From positions 5,740,914-5,804,913 of the forward strand of contig NC_134034.1 of assembly GCF_964204645.1 (NCBI RefSeq): a stretch of DNA of 64,000 bases. Direction: 5' to 3'. A program made the position numbers and the translations under genes. Position 1 is the stretch's first letter. The number at the start of each line of letters is the position of its first letter. Below are positions 25,301 to 37,300 of the stretch, one piece after another. Below the pieces are notes generated by a model that was not told the origin of the DNA, did not search any database, and saw only the letters and a list, made by a program, of their open reading frames with translations. Origin of the DNA: Tubulanus polymorphus (lineage: Eukaryota; Animalia; Nemertea).

Positions 25301-28300
25301 TATGTGGTTGATGGCCTCGTAGCGAGACCATTTCCCGGCTTTGACTCGGTTCTCCAGATGTGCCCCCCAACCTTGGTGACTGGCATCCGTGAATACACGA
25401 ACTGGAGCCTCTAACGGGGCTAGTGACACCCCGAGCCGAAGATTCGTAGTGGCCGCCCACCACTGAAGATCCGGACTTAGATCGGTTGGAGGTACGGGAA
25501 TCAAGGCCTCCCAGTTGCCCTTCGACTGAGACCAGAAGACCTTCCAATATTGTTGCAAGCGCCTGCTTCTGAGGCGGCCTAAGGGCACCACCAGACCCAT
25601 GGAGCTGATGGAGCCTAGAAGCCGTGACCAGTAACGAGCTGTTCTCGGGGTTGTGGACACTCCCGCTACAGCTTCATGAAGTTTGGCCACTCGAACCATA
25701 GACGGAAAGACTTTGCCGATTCGGAGATCGAAGTCCATGCCGAGATAAGTGAACTGTTGGGCCGGCGTCAACTGAGATTTTTCCCTGTTTACGCGGAACC
25801 CTAGCTGATGGACTAAGTCCAAGACTGAGGTCATTGCCTCCCGACATTCCTGAGCCGAATTCGCGACTATTAACCAGTCGTCGAGGTAAACGAACAGTCG
25901 AACACCCCTTGACTGAAGTACCTTCTGAACTGACTTGACCAACTTGGTGAAAACCCACGGGGCCGTACTGAGGCCAAATGGAAGAGACCTGAATTGGAAC
26001 TGGCGGCCTTTCCACTTTATCCTGAGAAATCGCAGAGATTTTGGGTGAATTGGAACCTGAAAGTAAGCATCCTTCAGGTCCAATGAAGCCGCCCATTGAC
26101 CCGGACGGAGCCCTTGAATCACGTCCTTGGGCTTGGTCATCCGGAACCTTGGAATGTCTAGGTGCCGATTGAGGGATGACAGATCTATCACTGTCCGTTG
26201 ACCCCCTGTGGCCTTTGGTACCATGAATATTCGAGAAAACCAGCCGGGAGAAGTTTCGTTGCAAACTGGTTCTATCGCTCCCTTCTCTGCCAGTTCCTTG
26301 AGAGCCGGAGAGATTAAGGCCTCCTGACCTGGTTTTGGCCGCATGTCAGGAGGTGACCTCATCAGGCGCGGTCGCCTTAGGAAACGGAGATGGTAGCCCC
26401 GAGAGACGACCCGGGAGGGCCAACCGTCTCCAAAGAGGTCGGACCAGTGGGTTGCTGCCTGCTGCAGACAACCTCCCACTGGTCCCAAGAATTCATTTCG
26501 AGTTTTTCCGAAAGGAAGAGCCCCTTTTTGGAGCCTTCCCCTTGCCTCGATACGAACCGGAACTGTTACGACCGGACGAGGCTTGACACGATTGTTGAAG
26601 TTGCGCGCTAGTTCTCCAACCGGCATCCGAAGCCGCCTGAGAAAGCGCTGAAGTTTGAGATGGTCCTGTTTGCGTCCGTGCCGAACCTTGCGCCGCCGGC
26701 GTCGGACCAGAAAGCTTTTTCCACGGAGTTCGGGGGTTGGACTTGGCCTGAACCTCCCGAATCTTCCTCAGCTCTGCGGAAACCGGAGCGCACCAACCGG
26801 AGAAGAGACGTGAAGACGTCCCCAATGGGGCTCTCAGCAAAGCATTGGACACCATATCCGGTAGACGAGTCTTGGCACTGGAGTCCATCACTGACTGACG
26901 GGAGGCTAACACCAGATTAGCCTGACCCCAAACCGACAACGGAATTACATGCGAAACAGACCGAGCCAAAGATTGGATAATCCGGTCCATTCCCTCCAGT
27001 TTTAGGGCAACTGACTCTGGGTCGGAGCCCGCATGAACGGCGGCGTGAGTCTCGCGAAGCTCACCCGTCAACACCTTAAGTGCCATATCTTGAAACGAAC
27101 CAACCCTGGTAAGATTGTCCAGGATTGACGTCATGGCCACCAAACCGGACTTAGGCAAACGAATACCCGACTGTGCTGTAACAGTATCCGGGCTGATCAA
27201 AGTATAATCAGCATCCAGGCAGTTATGACTGTGATCCACAGCACCTGGAGTTGCGTAATACGCCGAGCGAAATGCGCCTATAGGTGGATCGGTTGAACTA
27301 AAATATTTCCCAGATTTCATACCCCGTTCTGGAGGGGGAAATGAAAAAGTTCCAGGCCGACATTCACCCCATAATTGCGTATCCAATCGAGCCCATTCCC
27401 TTGAAACCGCTGACGATTCCCGTAAAACGTTAAGATCGGAGTCCGGAGGGCGATAAGCTTCCATTGACTCACCGACCAGAGGAGCTGCTGTGGGCTTAGC
27501 GCGAGTTGCCCCGTGCTTGACAAAGAACTCACTTATCATCGCTCTAAATGGCATGTCCCCCGCTGGTTCGGATAAAACTGAACGGGACGGAGATACATTG
27601 CGAGCCAGGGAAGCCCCCATCGTCTGGGGCAACCCACAATTGCTTGCGACAGGAACGACCCCAAAAGGAATTGCCGCCTCTGGGACCGGATCCTCATTGA
27701 AATCAGACCCTACCGCAGCATCCAGGAATTCAGAGTCAGAATTCCGAAAAACTGAGTGGGCTGGCGAACTTCTAACCGGACAATCAGGAATAGGCTTACC
27801 TGTTGTAGAAGTTGCAGCGACTTGTTGCGACGAAGATAACAAGTTTAAAATTTTCTCCTCAAATACATGGAAATCCTTCTGAGTCGGGTATTTTCCAGTA
27901 TCCCGACGATCATGCCGACTTCGGTGACGGTCCCTCGAACGGGATCGCGACCTACTAGAAGAATCGCTTTCATCGCTAACCGACGTCGACGAACGATGAG
28001 AAGACCGACGGCGAAACTTCAGACAATAACGATCGTAGTCCCTCTCGCGATCAAACCTTGATCTGCGAGAAGGAGATCTAGCTCGTTTATTACGCTCACG
28101 GCGTCTAAATCTAGTGGGAGAGCGAGCTCTATCCCCGGAGCGACGATCAGAATCAGACGATGAACGTACCGGATGTTTTGAACCGGACGACGTCTGGACC
28201 GGACCGGTGGCCGAACCGGACCGATGCCCGACCCGGACCGGTACCGACCGAACCGGTGCGGGCCGTTCGCGACTACCGCGGCGCGCGCTCGGTTCCGAAC

Positions 28301-31300
28301 ATGTAGTCTGAACCGGCCGAACCGGCCGAACCGGTGAACGACCAGAGACCGGTGAATGACCGGAGACCGGTGCCGGTGAACGACCAGAGACCGGTGAATG
28401 ACCGGAGACCGGTGCCGGTGAACCAGCGTTCCTCCCCGGTGAACGGAGTTGGGAAGCCGATCGTACCTGAACGCCCGGCGACCGCTCCGCTTTACGATAA
28501 GAAACAGGATTAGAAACGTCGGTTGGCACATCGGCCGAAACCGACGAATCCCTGCTAACTCGACGACGATCTCTTAGTTTAAGAGCCTTATCGGCCCGAA
28601 GCCAAAGGTCCTCGGACCACACGACGCAAATATTGCAAGGATTGCTCCTTGCACATATTTGACCGGATTTGCGCCTGCACGACGCACATGAATCGTGGTT
28701 GTCCCAGGCGCCAAACAAATGCCCGCATCCCTCCCCGCCACGATGCTGACCCTTAGGAGGGGGTGGCATAATTATCCTGTTACAAATCAAAACAATTCAA
28801 TTCAATTCAATCAAATTATATTTGTAAATAAAATTCTTACGGAAAAAAAGAAATCAGGGATAACCCCCAAACCGAACGGACTCACCGTTACCAGAGTGAA
28901 AACTCCCTAATATCCTAATTCCCAGATTTTTACGGCGAAAAAATCCAACGCGTTCTACTGCGAGAACGCCAAGAAAAAAGATGGCGGATTTCGCCGGTGG
29001 CTAAATGCAATACCGCAGGGCCAGGTCGTATAGAAAAACCATTGGCGATAAATCCAAATTTAGAAAATATTGGCAAAAACCATAGGAAAGGGTACAGTAC
29101 TCGATGGAAATATTAGTGGTTTCGTAGGTATACAATACAATATATTCAATTAGCTCCATGGCTTATACTACTGAATTTAACAGATGCAAACTATATATGG
29201 TTAGAACGTAAATATACTAATTATTATTCTTATTCCACCAAAAAAGTGATGCAGTATAAACTAGGTCAACCAATTACGTCATCGAGATGGCCGCCGAACT
29301 CCGTTCCAATTGAAAAATGAAATTTCGAACTCATATATCATGCAACAGTAAGCAAATATATGATTATTTTCGATCTAATACACTTTCATGTAATGATTGC
29401 TACACAATAAAGTTTATTTCACATTGATAACCATAATAATTCAGTTTTTATTGATTTTTTTTTGTGCCAGAATATGGTCACTTCACTGATACTAAAATTC
29501 TCGGATTTCTAACACACGTTCAATTTTTGGTCAGATTCTTTTCAGCATGCCATTTTTTGAAACAAGGATAAGGACACAAGGGAATGTTACCACAAAAATA
29601 ATGACCAGCTGGCTGATTTCCATCACTGTTATAATCATGTTCATCCAAATTATTTTCAACATTGCCATGGTAACTGTCAAAATCATTACCCTCAAAATCC
29701 GAACTACTATCCTCAACACCAAACGATGAATTCTCATCTGACGCTTCATCACTTAAATGGCCAGATGTGTTATAATTCTGATTAAAGATATCAACGAATT
29801 GGTCCAACCTTAGTCGCTTTGATGTTCTAGCATTGTCCATAAGACAATAATCACACTTGTTATTACACATCAAGTCATTTTCTAAGCGTAAATTTTACGT
29901 AAAAGCGTACAATTTTTCCATAAAAACTCCTTGAAGTTAATTTTGTGTCTGTATTACCGATATAGTTCTACCAATATCCGCCAGACACTTCCTAGTGATA
30001 TTTATTCAACTCCCGACTATTTCGGGAGCAGCAGTTATAGGGTTAAAACCTGTTGATATTTCCTTGAAAAACCTTTTTCCACCTACGAATGAGTACTGAT
30101 GACACCAATATGGCTGCCAATTGCGTGAAAATTGGCTGATCGAAAATACTTGATGATGTATTAAAGACGTCTTTTCAAAGAATGCCCATCACAAATTTCA
30201 ATGGAAAATGGCAAACCATTAGGAAGCAACAGGTCTCAGAATTCAGGGAAAAATTGACATTTTTGGGCACAAAAAAGGTCACAGGACGGCCATCCAGTAT
30301 CCATATACAGCCATCCGGAATCCATATACCAGTCCAATCGACCCAATTCTTCTCATGATGATGGGCCCTTTGGGAATTCAAATACATGTATATGCAAAAG
30401 ATCAAGATGATTAAAAAAAAATAAAATATAAGCAGGTGGTGACGCCTGATTGTTTATCGACCTGACAAGTTTACTTAGTCAGCACTTTTGAAAATGTATG
30501 CCATATGGCAGCCGTCACTACCAATGAGTTTAAATAAATATCTGTTAAATACCCATACCTTTTATCATTCGAAACAAGTTCATCATTTTCCAAAACACTC
30601 TGAGGTGGAATCAATAATGTTTCATCATTGTGCGAACTAATTCTAAAAAAAACCACAAAAGAATCATGCAAACATACAATACATGTGTAGTACATAGGAA
30701 CCAGAAATGACAACAAAACACATTTAGTAAAATAGGGGCACGTTGGATCAGTCTACTGAGCTGCCAACCTCTACAAAGTGCTAGTAGTATCAAATTGAAT
30801 TTTTTCAGTAACATTTCATTGAAACATGAAAGAAAAAATTTTCAAATTAATCAGTCATTAACCTCTTCACTACCACAGATAATGTAACGTACCTCACCAG
30901 GATTCGAACCCAATGGCATCATTCAATTCAAATAAATTCGGTATTAGAGGCTGTAAGAGGTACAAATCCTCCATCTATGAGTAAAAATTGGAACTAAATA
31001 GAAGCAGACAAGCATATAGTACGGCTACACGCCAGTGGCGTAATGAATCGCCACACCAGCGGTTGTAGTAAACACATATATTTGCGACGTAAATATACGT
31101 CACAAGTGGTAATGAAAAGGTTAATAGTAAGACCCTCAGTAACATCATTCATATTTTTGTATGGATCGAACAAATCAAATCGGTATTTCGTGTTATAAAA
31201 CAGTAACAATTACTGAAAATCAGGAAAACGTAGTTGACAGCTCTAGTCTATAACAGAAATAAAGATACTGGCCAAAATAATGAGTCTAGAATTTTCTCAT

Positions 31301-34300
31301 TCATTATCTTAATCTAATTACGTCTCTAATCAGAATTTGTAAGTTGAAAACTCTTCGAAATCGGACAACTATCTAACCCTTAAAATGCTTAAATAAAGAA
31401 AATTATGTACTCTTAAGTCCTATATTTGTTGGGCTTTATCCATTGTCTCCTATTGCACCTTACCCCAAAACAAAAAACAGGTTTCAATGAACTATTACTG
31501 GTCTAGATGTATTGCATCAACAGCGCATGCATTCACTCTATGTTATTCAGAAGTGTCTAAATTTGGCCCATTTCATTATAGACCAGTCCAATTTGGACCA
31601 ACCTAAAAGATCGACTAATGTGTGTGCGCGCGCGTGTGTGTGTGGACAGAAACTGGTTCCAGGTCTGTTGTAAATCGTATTCAGCAGTATAAATTCAATT
31701 GTAATAAACTGGTCACTGATTCATCATAATCAAGCTGATGAACATAGTTTTCGAATTTCATATAAATTCTATATTTCCCATCCTTCCTCAGCAGGGATTC
31801 GGACCTGATGGCATCGCCACACTCAGCCACGGTACGGATCCCTGCCACACGTGCGCACGAAAACTTGTGGCACCAATCAGATTGCTCGTTGTATAATCGC
31901 TGAGGTAAACTGCATGGATGAACTATAAATGGGAAAACCCAGGCTAAAATAAAACAGGATTTCTGATTGGCTAATAATGACATCTTTTAAGTTGCGCATG
32001 TAGCTCCGCACTGGTCTAGTGTGGCAGGGTTTCGTACCAGGGCAATCTCGATGCAATCAGGTTCTAATCCCTGCCGTGGAAGAATGCTATTACCTAAAAT
32101 CAACGGATAAAGGATTGGTATATATTCATCATCAAATACTTTCAAATTAGATGCCATGATTTAGATTTTTAGATTTTTATATTTTTCTAAACCTGACTTT
32201 TTACAAAAATGCCCCTAAATCTGGTCAGATAAGTCAAACACACTTTTCCTGTCCCAAGTTGTCTGACTTACATGAGTTTTACTTCATTTCGAATGCACGG
32301 CAAAGCATCGGAAATGACTCTTTAAGCCCAATAAAATATATCAAAAGTTATTCAATGTTGTTTTCTAAATGGCTGCATAATCTGTGACCAGACCAGTAGG
32401 ACTCATAATCTATTTTTGTCAATACTACCTGATTTTTGAGAGGCTAGTGCATGAAGCAGGTGATTGTCGTTGTTCATCATCACTATCTGAATGAAACACA
32501 TCATCATCAGCTGGCACCACCTGGTGGTCATCAGTAATATCATTAACATTGGTGTCAGACATACTTGATCTAAACATGCGTGAAAACAACAACATCCAGA
32601 AAGTAGTAAAACATAAAGCATGCGACAGAGCAACATTACCAAAAACCTAGGCAGGACAAAGGTGCATGTTTTAAGCAATATAGAAATCAAAATGAACTAA
32701 ATCACATACAGGTCAGTCTTAGATGAAAAGATCAATAGTGAAAGGATAATGTAATAGTTTTAAACAAATTGGAAAATGTTCTTTAAAGTTTATCAGATAT
32801 AATGCAATTGAATTTCCTTTCCTCATGGTTTGATCCATTTATGTGATAAAAGCATACTGTATGCAAGTGATCTCTTCGAACTTATTTTCATATTGCTCAC
32901 AAATAGGCGATCAAAAGATTTTCAAAAATAGGGGTACAGGACACCATGCCCACTTGATGAAATGCTTGACAATCTCAATATTCAACGCCCAAAAGATGCA
33001 CAACGCCCAAAAGATGCAATTCTGCAATTGATTGTAAAGAAATATGCACAAGTACCAATTAGTTCATATGAAAATATAAGTACCATCTAATTTCACTATG
33101 CGACGCACTTTAGTGAATATGTACGTACAGAAACCAACAGCCTAGAAAGTCAATACAATCGGTGATTGTAATGAAATTTGCTCAACCATTGGCAAATTTC
33201 ATTAAGCAATATTCAACACCCCCTGGTGAACATCATACAGAAACCAAAGACTTCCAAACTGACCCCAATCATAGAACATGTTTTAACAAAATATACCTAG
33301 GTGCCAATACAAAAATACTAAGTTATTCGGCTATTCAACACCCTTATGAATATCTACATACAATCATCTTGAAAATCACTACAAATATGTATGTATAAGA
33401 TAATTGATTGAAGCGTCTTCAGGCTAAAAATTACGATTGTGGGGACATTAGGAAACGGCACTGCTGTCTTGTGACCGAATGACCTAATTTTTCTCATGGC
33501 CACAAACCATAGGGGGATTCATATAGGCCTATTGAAACATCAAGAAAATTGATGAAAGCCCCTTTAAATTTCTCCTCGAAAACTTAAGAAATTGTGAAAA
33601 AAGCTGATTTTAGGAAACAACAATGGTCACCAGTCATCTTGATTCTGTTCAGGCCAGTTTTTAGGCTGCCGATATATCTAAGGAACATACATGAATAAAC
33701 TAAACATCAAAAACAATCCCTTAAAGTGACTGCAATGCTTTCCAAAATAACAGGATTCCATCAGCAGGACTCACAAATGGACAATAGATGATAAGTGAAC
33801 GTTAAAGCCCACTGGGACTTCAGTCGCAAGTGCGCTAATTAGATCGGTTGATTTCCAACTGAAACCTATAAAACCTTTACATCTAAAACTAACAAATTTT
33901 AAAACTAAAATTTGGACCAAGCTGATAAAAATGACTAGAAAATATATACTTTTTGCAAATCAATATAAGTCCAATCAAACAATAAATCATTCATAATTGA
34001 TCAAGCAATGAATAATTGCAAAAACATATAGTGTCATGTATTGCAACATGTTTTTTTTTTTAGACGTCACGCGGGTGTTATAAAAGAATCTGGATCATGT
34101 TTATTACAATATTTCAAAAACTTATAACATATATCGGTTCCAAAAAGTTCTGCAGTGCTTTGCAACTAAAAGTTATATGGTACATGATTTTTCCCACTAT
34201 TTCCTGTTATCATTTCCTCCCCCCCCCCCCCCCGTTCACCATTTGCCATAAATATTATCCAGAAAATGGGTAACATTACATAACACTTCCAAGGGCAGAA

Positions 34301-37300
34301 AGCAGGCAGCTTAAACAACTGAAGCCAATTTAAAACATGGAATAAACATGCCTGTCACAGAGACATGTTTCAAGGCACATTGTACGATCACCAAGCTTTC
34401 ACCAACATATAACACAAGGATGAAGAAGATAAAATAACATACCGAATTGAATTAGCGCTTTGATTTGTGCTAGCACCATCTTTACTTCCTAGCTGCACAG
34501 TATTTTTCTCTGCTGAAAGTATGAATAAAGATTGTGTAACCATTTGCCTCACTAGGAAAAATGAAATTGCTGCGAATTCTATGAACATTTGTCTGCACAG
34601 TTAGAGAAGAAACAAGGCAGTAAATGGAAATAGACAAACCTTTCCGCTGTTCTTCCTCTGTTTTAGCCTTCAATATATTGCACTTCATTTGGTCAGGAGG
34701 AATCATTGATGCACCACTGACAAATTTCATCTGATTATTTTGATTGATATTGACATCTATTTTTTGCTTAGGTGGTGTGTCTGCCGGTTGACGTTCATCT
34801 AAACCTTTCAATCGTGCCTGAGCTGCTTCAGATGCATCTACAGTGCAAAAAAAAATGAAGATAGTTTCAATGACGATCATGCCAAAATAAATTATTCCCT
34901 AATATTCTTACACAGGTGATTTTCACCATCTACTAACTTTGAAGAATCTTTAGCTAAACAAATTAACTAAATGCTGTCATTTTAATTAGATTTTGAACGT
35001 AGCTGGAACCAAACTAATGAATGTTCATCAATCGAATACTGGGCAGTTTAAATTTGAAACAAGAATTATGCCTTGTGGCCTAAAATATCCCCCGCGATAC
35101 ACTCTCCCCCTGAAAGCCATTATCAATCATACATTTTCCAATGGATGGCTACCTTGGCAGCCGTATTTGAGGTATAATGATCTCCTTTTTTCGATAGGGG
35201 TAGACAGCTTACCGGCCCCAATCCCCACACCAAGTTTCATGAAAATGAAGAATTGTAGGCTGTATTGTACTAACAAAAAAATGAAGATGGCTGCCCTGGT
35301 GGCCATATTTGATGACTGATGACCTATATCTGTGATACAGGTGCACATCTCACCTGCAAAAGCTCACTCACTAAATCTTTATCAAAAATCACAGGCTGTA
35401 TTGCGCTACCTAGAGATTCAAGACAGCTGCACTGGTGGCCATATTGATTCCCTAACTCCATTTCCAATAGGGGTGGACATCTCACAAGCCCCAATCCGCC
35501 CAAGGAAACATAATGAAATATGCTTCATTTATTACCAGGTGATCGGAAATTATCACCTTTTCAAGTATTCAACACCCCCGGGTGGCCACATGGAATATCA
35601 TGTGACCTGGAAACTGTGTGCAGGGCTTATCATACTACCAACTTTATATCTGTTACACATCTTCATTATCAAATCTGCTTCATTTAGACGTTTATCAGAC
35701 GTCATCTTTACCATGTATTAAGCATCCAAGAAAAAAAATATGGCCACCAGTCGGCCATCTTGGATAAAACCACAAAACAAAACCCACAACAACATATCCA
35801 GACAAACATATGCGTTAAGTTACAAGAATACAGGAGTATAGAAGATCTTCAGACTAGATTGTGTTCACAGATGGACAACCTGACTCCAGTATACCCCCCT
35901 TAACTTTTTTGCGAGTAATATAGATATATCCGCTATCAAAAAAGTCGTTATAAATCATATGCTACAAACCTTTTAATGAGACATCATTCAAATCACTGTG
36001 AGTAGCTTGAGCTGACGCAACAGATGATGATGAAGTTGCTCGACTACTTTTCAAATTATTCGACTTGATAAGATTATCTAAACGTTCTATTGCAGCAGTT
36101 GACTTTGGAGGCACCATCATCTGATTTGTGCTTGTAACAGCATTAGTATTTGAGCCACTATCAGTGATGAATGACTGTTCTGAAGCTTTCTGAGGTGATT
36201 GAATTGGAGAGGGGGTCGTTTCAGCAACATCCACACTAAATGTTGTCCTAAAACAAGAAAAGATGAGGTGAAATTTGCATGGCAATGCAGATGATTTATC
36301 ATAGTCGCATTGACCAACCGAAAGGGAATTAAATTTTCAATGACAAAACATGAATTTTTCATCAAAATGGTTGGCTCTGCATAAGGGGTCTGCATGGAGA
36401 AATTAGTACACCATTTCATGTACAGTCAACCCTGTATAAGTCGTCATCGAATTAGTCGTATCATCACATCTCTCGTATGATTATTTTGGTCAAGATTTTT
36501 TTCTTCTTTAAACCTTATAAAATTATGCTTATAACTCGTACTTCATAAGTTGTGTTTTCACGTAAGTCATATCAATTTTAGAAGCCAAATCTTCTGATTC
36601 CATTCAAAATACCTCACTTTAGTCATAGGCCGATATGCCGGCAGCAAATATATAATATTGTCTACAATATAGTATAACTTTCTTGTGACATCTGCGTGGT
36701 GCACGTGGCAGCTTTAATTGATTGATTGAGGGTAGATTTCAGCGATATAGGATCTGCACTGTCAGCTCAGGATACAACCGGGAACATGACAAACCAAGAA
36801 GGAATGTGAGCGTCATATATATCGTATTTTCACAGGTTATTCGTGGAATTCGTATAAAACCACGACTTATAGATAACTCGTAAAAATACAACTTACACGT
36901 GACTCGTACATCACGTAAGTCGTACGACTGTAGTAACAATATTTGAAAGTAAAATCTATGGCTTATATACATTTGCATGAAAGAATTCTAAGAAGGGGCA
37001 GTGCACCAATCACCAATCAGCTTTCTAGTTAGGAAATGTTAAATATGTGTACAGTATTGCTTAGCTTATACCAAAAATTTAAAATGAATTCAACCTTTTC
37101 AGTCCTTATACCTCCCACTGTACTGAGCCAGAAAATGAAATTTTTGGTGATTTTACTAAAATCCCTGGTATAAAGATACTGTAAGTGGTTATGAAAAGGG
37201 GTACCGTACCCACAGAGGACAACGAGTAGGAAAACATTTTGGTGATAAGAAAATTATTTTCTATACCCTGGTACTAATTATTTGCGTCACATGACCTAAT

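Larger units (their letters stand above)
22972..29115 (-). mobile_element. DIRS1-type tyrosine-recombinase retrotransposon, apparently full-length and intact (~6.1 kb)
   Basis: Three overlapping ORFs (gag, RT-RH-MT, YR), 122-bp inverted terminal repeats with one mismatch, an internal complementary region matching both termini, and ATTA at both junctions (22968-22971, 29112-29115). Confidence 0.96.
22916..30042 (-). mobile_element. Non-autonomous piggyBac derivative (~983 bp without the nested DIRS)
   Basis: TTAA on both sides (22912-22915, 30043-30046); TIRs CCCTTTCACTGC / CCCTATAACTGC; transposase remnant inside; empty-site paralog with a single TTAA at 60256-60259. Confidence 0.88.
21986..30412. 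mobile_element. Helentron-associated (HINE-like) repeat copy interrupted by (TA)n, piggyBac and DIRS
   Basis: Starts ACTAG..GACACCATGCCCACTTGG like 59640; 22790-22915 and 30047-30070 are colinear with 60120-60290. Confidence 0.7.

Noticed and set aside
25674-26264. 196-aa minus-strand ORF inside pol
   Set aside because: It is an alternative frame of RT (same frame as gag/YR but bounded by stops), low-complexity, with no recognisable domain.
36423-36930. TA-flanked CAGTC...GACTG element with internal TAAGTCGTA motifs
   Set aside because: Probably a decayed Tc1/pogo MITE, but the TIR match is too short to call with confidence.
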